From Camelus dromedarius (Eukaryota): a stretch of DNA of 64,000 nucleotides. The notes beneath the pieces are model-generated. The model was not told the origin of the DNA, did no database searches, and saw nothing but the letters and a program-made list of their open reading frames with translations. Both the position numbers and the translations under genes were made by a program. The stretch is taken from NCBI RefSeq assembly GCF_036321535.1, contig NC_087437.1, positions 59,894,001 through 59,958,000 of the forward strand. Reading direction: 5' to 3'. Below, one piece after another: positions 52,641 to 64,000 of the stretch (position 1 is its first letter; each line of letters opens with the position of its first letter).

Positions 52641-54894
52641 TTAAAAATTTTAAAAAAGAAATACAATCTGCTTTACTAGAATATGTTTGATCATGTAAAT
52701 TACCTCATAGGCAATTATTATATAGGAAAAGGATATCAATACAATACAGAAAACATGTTGGTTCTTTCCCAGTTTTTCCTCTGTAAGCTAATGTTTCTGC
52801 ACCAAAGCTGAAAGCAAAGCAAACTAACACAGCAGAACTCAGCTGGCCCCCTCAAGGAACACCGGACTGAACATGATACCTATCCATCCCCTCATTCTTC
52901 TTGGCTCATTTTGGCAATGTGCTCTCACTTGAAAATTTTCTTGTACTATTCTCTCTGATTTTTATGTATTTTGACTTTGTCACCAAAGCATCAACCTTTC
53001 TGTACCCTTCCATTAAGCTAGTGTCACCAGTTTTGTTTGCACCAATTTTTAAAGTTAAGTTCTATTAAACTATAGTATTTATTTATTAGGAATGTAACTA
53101 TGCTACTATTTTATTGAGTGTCTAAAGTATTAGGAAAAACTTACATGGGTTTTAGGTTGGCCCTATCCCTATTTTTCCTATAATCTCTACTATTTCCAGT
53201 GTATGATTTTGCATAACACAAGTATTTCAACACCACCACTAGCTTCTTCATCAAGATGATTTGAATACACACCTAAATTTGTTCCCTCTCAAAACTCCAC
53301 TAAAAACAAGACAATTTTTTCAAGGAATTACCTACAGCCCTTATAAGGAAATCTGTGATAATTTGAACGTGAAAAAGAGTAATTACTGCAGTTGTGACCC
53401 ATTGTATTTACAAAAATCCTTAAGTTTATGATGATAGCCCCCCAAAAATTTCTGTCCCCACATAAGGTAGCTAATAAGTTAACCAAATATGGTAATTAAA
53501 AGCAAAAACTTAAGCATTTTATTACAGAAACTAAATAGCTCTAGTTGATGAAGAAAAGCTGTATTTTACATAAGAATGCAAGTTAATAAATGCGGACAGG
53601 ATGACAAAATTAGAAAATCATCATTCTGCAATTCCTAATGAAATTACAAATTCAATTGTAACACCATTAGATGAATGGTTGATGGGGGCATAGATCTTAC
53701 AGGGTCAAAGTAACACAAAGTAAGTTAGATTTGTTACACAAAGTAACCAAGTAGACTGGGAACAAGAAAGGAAATGTAACATGACAATGGAGGGATCATA
53801 CTGCCATCTCCCTAATCCAACGTGTCCACTTCATTTTCATACAGAAGCCTGATCTTATTGTTAGCAATGGTTAGATAACCAAATATTGGATGTCTCCTGT
53901 TACAACATGCAGTATACACATCATCTCTGTTGTAATCGTATGAGAAGGAACTCTATAGGAACAGCTAGCCTAATCTTTTCAGCTAGTCATTGTCAAGAAA
54001 AAGAGGGACTATTTTAGGCTGAAAGAAAAGGGACATAAGACCAGATGCAATGCCTAGTCATAGATAAGATCTTACTTTGTACAATAAGCTGTAAACATTT
54101 TTAGGACAAGCAGGGACATGTGAATATAGACTAGGTGAAAGATGCTTAAGAAATTACTGTTAAGTGTGAAATGACATGATGATATCTGTAAGTTCCTTTA
54201 GAAAACTTCAGCTTTTTTAATTAAAAAAATAAAGACATTTATCCACAAGAATAGGGAGAACCGGAAAGAAAATAAGAGCAACAAAATCTGGGGAAATAAA
54301 AAATGGCTGGATGAATGGTAACCAAGTAGACCAAGGTGATATCTAAGGATAAGAAGAAAAATCTAAGAGTTCATCAACTTCATCACATAATATTCAAAGG
54401 GCTGAAGGACTTACACTGGTTAATCCTGGAAGGGAGGATGAAAGTGGGAAGAATGGTTGTTTAAGAAGCAGTTAGATCCAAGGTCTCCTCCCCAACTCTA
54501 TGCCATTAGGGTACTGCTCTCTACAAAGACACAAATGACTAGAGGTATAGTCTCTGGGAAAGTAAAACAGAAAGTGACTAGATGGGGTTCATCTGAAAGG
54601 TGGAAGGCAGAGGATTAAATGAACATATACACCCTGAATGCTGAGATTCCCAGCAATTAGCTTCCAGCAGGCCTCTCATCCCTATGCAGGAGACTGATCA
54701 ATCTTCTCTGGGGAATCTTAACAGCTGAAAAGACTCCAAAAGACCCTAACTCTGGTTGTTCCTCAACAAATGGACCAGACTTCAGTGAAGCTCATAGTCA
54801 ACAAAGTCCTAACTATGTTCTCAGGGCTTCCAAAGAAGTTAACCCTTCACTTGCAACCATGAGCAAATTAACAGCCAAGGAAAGCTTCTAATAA

Positions 54895-55060
54895 AATGGT
54901 TCTCACATTGCCTGCACACAGGTATCACCTAAAAAGCTTTTAAAAATATTGATGCCATGGCTCCTAACTCCATTCAGTTGTTCTAGGGTGGGACCTAAGC
55001 ACTGAGATGTTTTAAAGCTCCCTGTGTTATCATAATGTGCAGTCAAGATTAAGAACCACA
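54895..55060. mobile_element. MER5A-like hAT element
   Basis: TGGTTCTCA...TTTAAAAATATTGATGCC...AAGCTCCC...AATGTGCAGTCAAGATTAAGAACCAC. Confidence 0.7.
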
Positions 55061-55192
55061 GTGAGTGGGGCATATAACTCAGTAGTAGAGTGTATGCTTA
55101 GCATGCACAGGGTCCTAGGTTCAATTCCCAGTATCTCCATTAAAATATATAAGTAAATAAACCTAATTATCCCCCCCAAAAGGGAAAAAAAA
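55061..55192 (+). mobile_element. tRNA-derived SINE (camelid-type)
   Basis: Same family; TSD ATTAAGAAC(C/T)ACA at 55048-55060 and 55193-55205. Confidence 0.88.
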
Positions 55193-56130
55193 ATTAAGAA
55201 CTACAACTCTAACGTTATATGCATGAAAAAAGAATAGATTTATGTGTATAAACATTCAGCAAACAAAAAGGAACTCCTGTAAATTAAATATATGCTAGCA
55301 GAACTGAAACATTCAATAGAAGATTTGGAAAAGTAACTGATAAATTCTCCCTGAATGCAGAGCAAAAAACACACAAAAATAAGAAAATCCTAAGATCAGT
55401 CCAGAAATTCCAGAAAAAGAAAACAAAGAAATTGGAGAGGAGGAGTACAAAAGATCAGTAATAAGAAAGACTCCAACAGCAACTCCAGAAACTACAAAAA
55501 CAATGCTGTTAAGAATTGTTATTCTTAAGAATAATTATTCCCAATCTAAAAATTCCACACTCAACCAAATTATCAAACAAACATGAGCACAGAATAAAGA
55601 CATTTTCAGACATGCACAGACTCACAAATGCCTCATTTTCAGGAAGCTAGTGGAGGAAGTGGTGAATTTCATATCTCAGGACTCACTCACAGCCTCACTC
55701 AGTCTGCAGACTCACTGAGGAGCTGAACCCAGACTATGACCCAAGAGCATATTCAGCTTATCTTCCCCAGTGAGATTTCAACTAGAAGACAGTATGAGCT
55801 TTCCTTTTTTGCTTTTTATCCAGTTTCAATTTTAAATAACTTTCACATTCACTATTTTATTAGAATAATAAATATTTGGGGGAAATACTTACATCAAAAC
55901 ACCTTATGTCAATCTGAGACATATATTCAAATACTGTATTAAACATACATTGACATATTGAAATAAAATGATGAGTGCAGTCAAGAGAATTTGAATCTAT
56001 AATTTAAAAATAAAACATATTTCCATTACAAAAAAAAAATCCTCCATAAAAAAGTGTAATAATCATGCAATGTTGCAACTAAAATTTAAAACTTTTGGCA
56101 ATACTTGGTATTGAAGTATTGTTTACTAAC

Positions 56131-56236
56131 CTCTGATTCGTCACCCTTCTCTCTATAAGCAGTAGCTATACTGGTCTGAACAGCCTTAATCCATGCCTGG
56201 CGCAGCTTTTCAGAATCTGCTTGAAGCATACAACTT
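56131..56236 (-). CDS. ACAP2: ACAP2 exon (PH C-terminal helix) SCMLQADSEKLRQAWIKAVQTSIATAYREKGDESE
   Basis: 106 nt, within ORF 56086..56310; AG/GT flanks; phases 2/0. Confidence 0.96.
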
Positions 56237-56834
56237 CTAAAAAGAAATAACATGGTTTTCTCAGACACTAAATTAACCCCCAAAATAAGACGGTTTACTT
56301 TTTTGTCCACTTTGTTATTTAATAATCTTCTAACAACAAAAAAAATTATTTCTGTTGAAAGGTTTTATTTATCTATCTTTAGGACACAGTATCTTCATAA
56401 AGAAATCAAGGAACCAATGAAATCAATTACCTACTGAAAATGAAACACCTATTCGTGTGTATAAAAAAATTTTTAATTTACCATATAAACATAACACTAA
56501 CTTTTTCCATTGAGTAGAAATATGAAATGGTAGTTATCAAAGAAAATGATTTGATATATGACTTCAGTTCATTACCATGACAGCTAAAATGTTTTCATAA
56601 GGCCACATCAATAATCTTTATAGAATTCAAATATGATACTGAGTAGAAGCTACTTTAATATCTGACTATAATATGGTATAATCACTAATTATTAAAATTT
56701 ACTTTGAGAATATTTTTTCCTCTTTAGCTCAGATAATCACAAGTGAAAGACAAATCCTTCTCTATTCTGCAAAGTTCTTTAAGACAAACTATAGAAACAT
56801 AAAAGCAGCTCTCAAATTCTTGAGAATCACTCAC

Positions 56835-56935
56835 TTTGTTGGGGAAACCACCTCAAAGCAGAAGCGGCGTTCTATGTCTTCACAATGTTTCACTGTGCAG
56901 AGCCTTAGATCCTCCACCACCACAGTGGGATTATC
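56835..56935 (-). CDS. ACAP2: ACAP2 exon (PH domain) DNPTVVVEDLRLCTVKHCEDIERRFCFEVVSPTK
   Basis: 101 nt, tgtAG|GAT...ACAAA|GTGAGT; phases 0/2. Confidence 0.96.
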
Positions 56936-58218
56936 CTACAGTAAGGAGACAAAACTCCAGTATTTATCAACCTACATTTTAAATACCACTACCAATACAA
57001 ACATACTGAAAAACAGTACTTGGAATAAATGGTCTAATTTTAAAGGTTTATATTTTATCTTATTTTAGATTAGAAATAGGAGTTATCAACATAGATATAC
57101 CTAATAAAGGTAATTCTGTCCTGTTAATTAGTTTATCTGCCTTTAAAACTGCTGTAAAAGGATTAAATGAAGTAGTTTCTATAAGGAGCTTCATCCAACA
57201 CTTGGTAGTTAATTAGCAAGTGCTCAGTAAGTGTTAGCTTCCTGTTAATTTTTTTCCATTTTTTTTCATATCCATTTCTCTTCTGGTCCCCACTCACATA
57301 TAATAAAAGCCACTTTCCTCAAAAAAAAAAAAAAACTATTTAATAAGTCAAGTTTTACATAACTGAAAGAAAAATAAGAAGCCTATACATGCTTCTTAAA
57401 ATATTTAAGAAAGTGAGAAATTTTTTATCATTTTCTAGCACTTAATAAAAATATAAACTCAAAATCAAGTTTATCAGAGTAGGGAAAAAACCACCAACTA
57501 TAAGAACTTGTGTGAAATAAACCTGCTACCATAGAACCTAGCAAGTAAAATTTCACACTGTATCATCTCAAGAGTAATAAATACTTGAAACTTACAGTTG
57601 AATATATAATTCATACAGGCTAACCTGGTAAAAATCAAGTCATCAATTAACTAATAGTTCTTTTTTTCTAGTTATCTTTAAGATTCTCAAGTCACATGCA
57701 ATCTCAATATATCTTTCCATTAAATAAAAATACCTCCCCCTTAAAATAAGGTTCAAGAAAACAAATACATAAAAACAATTTAAACAAATTTTGAGGTTTC
57801 TATATAAATTACTTCAAGCTTACATTTATGTTATTTTTAACCTTTCCATATTATCACTTTTGACCCTAAGGTGATATTCTTAAAAAGCATCCTTTCTTTC
57901 AGCCTCAAAACAGTACTAGGGAATGGTAGTGTTATTCCTGTCACATAGTTGGACGAAGAAACATCTGGAGGAGAAAAAGTAATAATCTTGGGACACAGAA
58001 AAATCCACCTCAAGGCTAGAAATTAAGAATTCAGGAATCAATGCTTATACTTACTACTTATGAGTCCTCTTATACTTATTCAAACATAAAACCAATAAAT
58101 GATAATTTTCCATTCATGAGTATTTATGGATTTCAGTGCTTTACCAAGAGGAACAAATAAAAAAACTTAAACTGGAGATTCAATGGATTTTCACTTAATT
58201 ACTTCACAAAACACCTAC

Positions 58219-58270
58219 CTTAAACTTTTTCTGGTAAACCAACTGATTGTTCTGTATTGAAAACCAGCGT
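58219..58270 (-). CDS. ACAP2: ACAP2 exon (PH domain) RWFSIQNNQLVYQKKFK
   Basis: 52 nt, tttAG|ACGCTGG...AAG|GTAGG; phases 2/0. Confidence 0.95.
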
Positions 58271-60220
58271 CTAAATAAATACAAAATAGATTAAGTTCTC
58301 ACAAACATAATTTATTTCAGTTGTAAGAAATGAAGTATTTGGGAAAGCACTAGAAAATCAGTTAATGGTAGTTACTTTTTGAGAAGTGCATTGTTTTGTT
58401 TTGCTTCATATAAACTGACATCAATGAGACAACTACTGAAAGTAAAAAAACAATTTAAACAATTTTAAAACCACAAAATAGGAAAATAAAATTACTACAT
58501 TTTGATTCATTCTTATGTCAGAAATTTATATCCTAACAAAAGCTGTTATGCCTTATGCTATTATCAAATAATGATTATTTTAAAATAAAAATTTACCTTT
58601 TTGAGCTGCCTCAAAAATTACTAAGTTGTTCCCACAAAATAACTGCTTTTGTTATAAAGTAGAAATAAATTTATATTATAAATAAAACTATCCATTGTAT
58701 ACAATAAAAGACTGAAATAAATGGTGCTTTGTTTTCAACCTTTCTGCAGCTAATTCAACAAACATTCAATTTGTTAAGCAAAACAGAAAATTTTATCACC
58801 CTTTAGAACTGGTATCAAACAGGAAATAGTTGCCAACTCACTTGGCCTTACTTTCATGTAAAAAACTTCTAAGCAAAATAATAAAAATCATTAGTAAAAT
58901 GATTCACACAAATATTTATATTGTCCCACTCATTACTGTAAATTAATTGGCAAACACTTGCAATCTTCTTTAGAAGAAAAAAACTAAGCTACTAATTTAT
59001 CAAAACAGTAGAAGGACCTAAAGACTTACAAAAAAAAAAAAAAAAAATCACAGCCAAAGCCATTCACAAAAGAAAGCAAAAATTCTCATCAAGCATGAAA
59101 GGTAAAACAATATTTGAGTCATTATTTTAAAATTAGTTTTATGTGAGATGATTTCTATTGTAAACATTAGTTATTAATCTATTAGCAGAGAGAGATTCTA
59201 CCTTTTCATTGATACTAATACAAAGCACTAGAAGTTGTATTTAGATATATTTAGAATTTCTATTTTTAAAAAATAAGGTTAATTCTCGAAGCTGAGAAAA
59301 TGATTAGATGCTTTTCTATTTTCAAGCTAGATAGATTGTTAGGTTTTCTTGCTATTTAAAAAGGTATCACCTTTACTATTAAAATAGAAATTTGTTAATT
59401 AAGGATCTAGATAAAACCAAGTGGTTGCCTCCAAATGTAAATCATCAAGAGGCAGGCTAGAAAAGGAAGAACTTCTGGGTTTCTTTGCTTTGGGACACAT
59501 GGTTGGTTAGAAATGTTAAAGGAAATACCTACAAACAAACAAAATGGTGCAGCCCTGCCACATGGGATGACATGCAATGGAAAAAATCTCTGATATTGAT
59601 TAAAGAGTTTTTTAAAAAAATCATTTGAAGTAGGGTGAACTATATTAATAAAATTTTTGTTTTATATAATTATAATATATAATTTGATGAAAAACTACGA
59701 AGAATTTTATTGTACAATGGAAAAACACCCATGTAAACTTTTCATGCTTCTGAGGTCTTCAAAAAATAAATTTCCTTTGACCTGCTGAATCTTAAAATAA
59801 TAGCCTCTAAACATAATAACAAAATACTAGATTAAAAACTTTTGTTAGAGACTATTTCCTCTGATTATTAACTTTATAGATCGTTTATATTTATGAAGCC
59901 CAGTACTCCTGCTGTCTCTCTGCTTCTGGGTGACTTTTTCACATCATCGATTTTTGTACACTTAAGAAAAATACTATAAATTCATCTTAATTTGATCTCT
60001 CCTAAGGAAAAATGCCACAATGTATCCTAGGTAGAAAAAAATTTTTAATTACTAAGATTTATATGTCTTATGACACGATCTCCCCTCCTCTGCCATTAAA
60101 AAAAGAAAAAGGAGCTAACTATACTCATTTAGATTAATCAAGACTTCAATCAGGAAAGTAAAATGAAATACAATTTTTAATTGCTCCTATAGAATAATTC
60201 CAGTTATTATCAACATTTCT

Positions 60221-60350
60221 TTTTTTTGGGGGGGGTGAGGTTGTTTAGGTTTATTTATTTATTTATTTTTTAACGGAGGTACTAGATATTGAACCCAGGA
60301 CCTCATGCATGCTAAGCACACGGTCTACCACTAAGCTATACCCTCCCCCT
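60221..60350 (-). mobile_element. tRNA-derived SINE (camelid-type)
   Basis: Same family, reversed; TSD AACATTTCT at 60212-60220 and 60356-60364. Confidence 0.88.
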
Positions 60351-61415
60351 CTCTTAACATTTCTGATAAAAGGGAAAATGAGACAATTCACAGTCTATGG
60401 AATATAGAAAATACACTAAATATGTCAAGCTCATGCTATCTGCAATTTGAAGGTACATTAAAAGGTAATTAAATAATAAAAAAACAAATGTTGGAAAGAC
60501 CTGTGCTGACAATTACACTATAGTCTACAAAATTCAGAAACTGACCACAAAGTCAAAATATAAAACACTTTTTAAAAAGGAAAATGTCTTGGTTTTAAGA
60601 AGATTAAGCCATCACTTTATATCTATCTCAAATTGAAATAACCCAATAAACTTATTCATAAACAATTAAATATTAATTTTTAAATACCAATGAGAGATTC
60701 CAGATGACAAAATTGGGGGGTGGGGGGGAGGTACCTTAAAAAATAAATCAAGTAGCTTTTACAATTTTGATCACTAGTCCCAGAACTCACTTGAAATCAA
60801 GAACTTGGGTAAAAGTCAACTTCAAAATCAGTAGAAACTTTATCACTAAAACTATACAGATGATGGATTCATGAATACATTTATATAGGTGCCAAATAGG
60901 TGAGCATTTAACAAAATTAAAAGTTTAAACATGTATATGCTACTTTATTTCAAATTCAATTTAATTTTTCCCAGGGAAAAAGACCAAAATGGTATAATAA
61001 ACAAAAAAAACTAGAAACTAACAATGCTTTCTTTAAACATAATTAATACAGTTATAACCAAAAGGATTATTTCCTAAGTAACTATCTAAAAATTTTAAAA
61101 AGCATTTACTAGCTATTTCTCTTAAATATATATATACATGAAGTTATTCATATTACTCAATCTGTATCTTCTTTGGATAACTATAAATATATCAAATGTT
61201 CTTTTCCAGATTAAAACAAATTGGGGAGATAAGCAATGAAAAGGTATAATTCCATTCCTCAAATAAGATGTTTGTATTTTCTTCCCAATTTAAAACATAA
61301 GAGACTTTATATCCATTGCAAGTAATCCAACTGAAATGCAGGTTAATTATGAGCTTTCTCGTGCCAAAGAGGAAATTGGAGAGGTAGGAGTGAGGGGAAG
61401 GAAGCCATTTGGTAC

Positions 61416-61436
61416 CTGATATGATCGGGCTTTTTC
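61416..61436 (-). CDS. ACAP2: ACAP2 21-nt microexon (R)KKPDHI(R) in the PH domain
   Basis: Long pyrimidine tract ...cctgccccattttttcacatgacAG|GAAAAAGCCCGATCATATCAG|GTACCA. Symmetric phase 2/2, fitting the phase-2 acceptor at 58270. Confidence 0.8.
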
Positions 61437-64000
61437 CTGTCATGTGAAAAAATGGGGCAGGATTAAAACATAAAGGAAAGGTGGTAAAAGAATGAAAACG
61501 CAAATGTGCAAAATAAGCAAAGGACTAGCATGATATGAAAATAAAGCAAGAATTAAAGGAACCGGCTTAAGCTCATAACCTAACAAAATAGTCAAAAATA
61601 TCTTGCATTTTGCTCATATATTATACATACTTGCATTTATACATTTAATTCCAACTCTTAGGAATCTGAAACAATAATATTTCAGAAATATTCAAAATTT
61701 TTCTACAAGTATTATGGTATAGAAGGTTCTGGCAGGACTAAGCACACTCCACTATTATTTTCTGCCTTTATGGTCATAGCTATAAAATACAGATAGTACC
61801 TTTCCTCATCCTAATGAAGGAAATAATCACTATAGATGTATCTGTATAAACCTGAAACAAATGCAAACTTTCCATAAGGCAAAGTTCCCACCACCTGCTC
61901 ACCCCCTTTTCATCAAATGATAGCAGAGGCTCTAAAGCCACACATAAATAGAGTTTACCTTTAATCTATGTATATACTTCTTACTTTAAAATAAAAAGCC
62001 AGTAAAAACTAAAATTTATACCTGCACCAGCAGCACATAGAATACTTAGCTTTAAGATGCTATATAAAACATTTATGCTTTTGGCTATACTTTCTAGTTC
62101 AACAAAGAGTGAGCATAGCATGTAATTATTCAGCTTCTTTATTAGTTTTAACAGCTCATTACTAAATAAACTATGTTAATATTTAATTATTTTCCTTGTT
62201 CCTTCATCTTTTCTAAATTTATCATGAAAAGCAAAGGAGAAATATAGATATTAGTAATCCATCTAGCACTGACTTTAGCCTGAAGTGATGCTGCCACACT
62301 GAGAAGATGGTCTAATACAGAAAGATTATTTTAGTAGATATCACATCTTCAAAACATATATATTATAGACATATAAAAATCTTAAGAGACACCACAAGTT
62401 AGAAATCTGAAACCAATCAGAAACAAGCTCAACAATTCACTTACGACATAAAACATTTCACTCCTTATGCTATTTCAATCATATCATACAATCTCTTCAG
62501 TTAAATTTCAGATTATAGAATAATGCTTTCAAGTGATACTTAGATTTTATGAAGTACAGGGTGAGGTTTTAAAACTATCTGGGAATTCCAAGTCAAATTC
62601 ACATTTCCCTCAGGAAGATCTTTTTAAAAAGCTGATTTTGAAAATACATGCCACTATTCCATAAAACTATAGATAGACAATGGCAAATTTATCATTATAT
62701 GATTGGTACCTTATGGTGACTATAAGAAAATGTGTTCCCTACAACTAATCCACAATCCTTAAAAGTACTTAAACAATGGGCAGAAAAAAAATCTTTATGT
62801 TTTAATAGCTGAATTGCTGGATTTTTAAAGTAAAGGCACAGATATCACAAAAACACAAGTCTTCTATTCAGAGGCTAGTAGAAGATACCAAATCAAGCTG
62901 GATAGAGAACTAGAGAAGTAGAGCAGACTCTGAAGTACTTATATAGATAAAGGAAAATTATTTGCAAGTATTTCCTAAGATTAGATTTTAGATAAATTTC
63001 ATATTAAAACATTGAGATATATTCCAAATTTTTAAAATTGAAAAGCAAAGAGAATTCTAAATAACATTTAATAGACTACTCTGTTTCCTCTCTTTTATAC
63101 TTATTGACCTATAACTAGAAAACATTTAAGATTTTTGTTACAAGGTTCTGACTTTTAGTTTGTGAGGAGTTTTATATAATGCTTATATGCTATATTCCTT
63201 ACAAGTCTGCTTTTTACTAGTGTTTTCATCAAAGTGTTCTTTAAAGGCATATGAAAATGAAATTAATTTGCTTTCTATAATTTATTCCTAGTAATGTAAG
63301 TGGATTAGGAAGGGTTTTTTTTAATAGTTTTAAGTTATTTTTTAATAGTTGAAGCTATATTTTATGTTATCAAAATACAGACTGTTTAGAATTTCTATAG
63401 CAAGTTAAAAAAAATGCCAGGTTTTGGGCCTCAATTTTGTTACATCCAGCTATGTGACCTTGAATGAACAACTATCTCCATGCACCTCCATTTCTTTACT
63501 AAAAATCAGGCAGTTGAACTACATCTATGGTTCTAGTCAATAACTGTCATCCCACTACATAGAGATGGCATCTCTGTCAAAAAGTGGCCTTGTTTCTAAA
63601 GTTATTTTTTCTTACTTTGCAAATGTAGGTAATATATCTACAACTGAGAATTTAACAGTTATTCCCTATTTAAGTCACATTTTAATGTCTATGCCAATTA
63701 ATAAAATCCATGAAATAAATTTTAAAAATGAAAGAGTTCACCCTTAAATCAGAATCAATTTTCTTTTATTGTCCTAAAAGGGAATGCAATTTTCTACTAA
63801 CACTTACTGTGCTTCATTTTGAAGTCTGAGAGCATATCTGAGTGGAGTAGTCCATGGAAGTTCATTTCTTCTTAACACAATGGTACAGTTTCTATGGATC
63901 TATTGCATTTTCACTGTGTTAAACTTTAAGTAGGTTGTTTTGAAGTCTGAAGGTTAAAATTCAATTCTAATATTACCTCATGAAACCATACTGGTTGAGA

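Noticed and set aside
53705..53752. Short degenerate repeat CAAAGTAA(C) x3-4
   Set aside because: Irregular slippage duplication in decayed L1-like sequence; no regular repeat-spacer structure, not CRISPR-like

Overview
Mammalian genomic DNA with two minus-strand genes in tandem. The right part (about 30000-64000) is the 3' half of ACAP2 (ArfGAP with BAR, PH and ankyrin domains). It has 13 constitutive coding exons from the PH domain to the stop codon, all GT-AG with consistent phases, and a 3' UTR of about 4.4 kb. The CpG island at about 24.5-25.6 kb holds the promoter and 504-nt first coding exon of XXYLT1; bases 1-24733 are its intron 1. Four related tRNA-derived SINEs resemble the camelid type, suggesting alpaca, llama or camel. 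Ancient repeats (MLT1, Tigger2/MER8, MER5, MER3, L1M, L2, MIR) are scattered throughout. No prokaryote-type system (CRISPR, operon, mobile cassette) is present. The most interesting signals are hidden ACAP2 splicing options: a 21-nt PH-domain microexon (KKPDHI), a 105-nt ACAP3-like cassette exon, an intron read-through giving an ACAP3-like C-terminus, a 47-nt frameshifting exon and a NAGNAG acceptor. XXYLT1 also has an in-frame upstream ATG in perfect Kozak context. Protein and repeat identities come from my recall of the families, not database searches.
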